A stretch of 32,000 nt of DNA from Candidatus Nanosynbacter lyticus (GTDB lineage: Bacteria; Patescibacteriota; Saccharimonadia; Saccharimonadales; Saccharimonadaceae), in contig NZ_CP007496.1 in assembly GCF_000803625.1 (NCBI RefSeq), positions 480,001 to 512,000 on the forward strand, in the 5' to 3' direction. Within the stretch, counting starts at the first letter, position 1; each line of letters starts with the position of its first letter. Positions 31,321 through 32,000 of the stretch are shown piece after piece. Under the pieces are notes generated by a model, which was not told the origin of the DNA, did not search any database, and saw nothing but the letters and a program-made list of their open reading frames with translations. The position numbers and the translations under genes are program-made.

Positions 31321-31691
31321 TTTTTACACATCCCCATTATTACTAACGGTCCATCAAAATAACAATCGTCCATTTCACATGCAATTTGCTTTTTCACTTC
31401 TTCTGCAATTATGATATCTCGCAAATTATCACAATTATCGCACAAAAAATGATCGTGTGGATCTACGCAAGCATCATAACGCAAACAGCCTCGCTTTGTC
31501 GGCGGAGCCAAGCCAATCAACCCATCTCCATGTAGACGTTGAGTAACGCGGTGCACTGTCGTATCACTAACATCAGAGTAAGTATCTCGCAGCACCTGAG
31601 CAATATCCGAATTTGTCGCATGATGTTTATTTTTTAATATCACCAGCACGTCGTTCGTGTATTTTGTTAAGCGCCTAACTACTTGCGTCAT
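31299..31691 (-). CDS. Fur-family transcriptional regulator
   Basis: DTTVHRVTQRLHGDGLI winged helix, HDHFLCDNCDNL and MCKKC; overlaps the thioredoxin gene. Confidence 0.9.
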   Translation of the reverse strand: MTQVVRRLTKYTNDVLVILKNKHHATNSDIAQVLRDTYSDVSDTTVHRVTQRLHGDGLIGLAPPTKRGCLRYDACVDPHDHFLCDNCDNLRDIIIAEEVKKQIACEMDDCYFDGPLVIMGMCKKCQKRRK

Positions 31692-31697
31692 GTTACT

Positions 31698-31716
31698 ATT
31701 GTAAATTATTTACAAT
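31698..31716. promoter_or_regulatory. Perfect 19-bp palindrome, candidate Fur-family operator
   Basis: ATTGTAAAT-T-ATTTACAAT, 6 bp upstream of the Fur-family start codon. Confidence 0.7.
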
Positions 31717-31743
31717 AAATAAACAAGTGTTTTGCAACAACAA

Positions 31744-31772
31744 TTGACTTAAGATAGCTAATTCAATATAAT
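31744..31772 (+). promoter_or_regulatory. Strong sigma70-type promoter for the last, divergent gene
   Basis: TTGACT (31744-31749), 17 bp, TATAAT (31767-31772). Confidence 0.75.
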
Positions 31773-31947
31773 AACCCAAGTCTATGAACTCAAATGAGTT
31801 CCTCTAATCAAATCAATTTTCATTACTCTATAGCAAATCAACGAGCTATTGTAACATGGTTATTTAAGGGTAATTATTCGTTAGCGACCAAGTATCCGAT
31901 AATAAATAACCAAGCTCATAAACGCCTCTTCATAGAAAGGAGCCAAT

Positions 31948-32000
31948 TTGAAAAATAAATTAAATAACAAAGAAATATTAAGTTTATTTTGGCGAGCATC
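31948..32000 (+). CDS. Start of a truncated ORF, function unknown
   Basis: AAAGGAG then TTG AAA AAT AAA ... giving MKNKLNNKEILSLFWRA..., open to the window edge. Confidence 0.65.
   Translation, partial: MKNKLNNKEILSLFWRA

Overview
This 32 kb window looks like core genome of a reduced-genome Patescibacteria/Saccharibacteria (TM7)-type bacterium. That placement is inferred from gene content, many small orphan membrane proteins and Shine-Dalgarno-led genes; no database was searched. Recognisable genes: a truncated pyridine-nucleotide disulfide oxidoreductase, pheS, an aquaporin-like channel with a histone-H1-like tail, rmuC, a PAP2 phosphatase, an ABC-F protein split by a frameshift, trmD, a KH-domain protein, rnc, a NUDIX hydrolase, nusB, rpmF, leuS, a Mur-ligase-like protein, a GT2 glycosyltransferase, a MazG/PRA-PH-like protein, ligA, htpX, lemA, an alpha/beta hydrolase, an oligopeptide-binding protein, secG, uvrC, a second NUDIX, a cupin, thioredoxin and a Fur-family regulator. 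There are four tRNAs: Gln(CTG), Leu(TAA), Cys(GCA) and Leu(GAG). The best candidates for a second look are: a two-gene orphan island (8.4-10.2 kb) in which one gene is bracketed by a 67-bp near-perfect direct repeat carrying a terminator; a LigA with no cysteines where the Zn finger should be; a perfect 19-bp palindrome upstream of the Fur-family gene; a structured leader before the last gene; a structured intergenic region with competing pairings near 18.2-18.3 kb; and the ABC-F frameshift. I saw no CRISPR array, transposase, integrase or obvious defence system.
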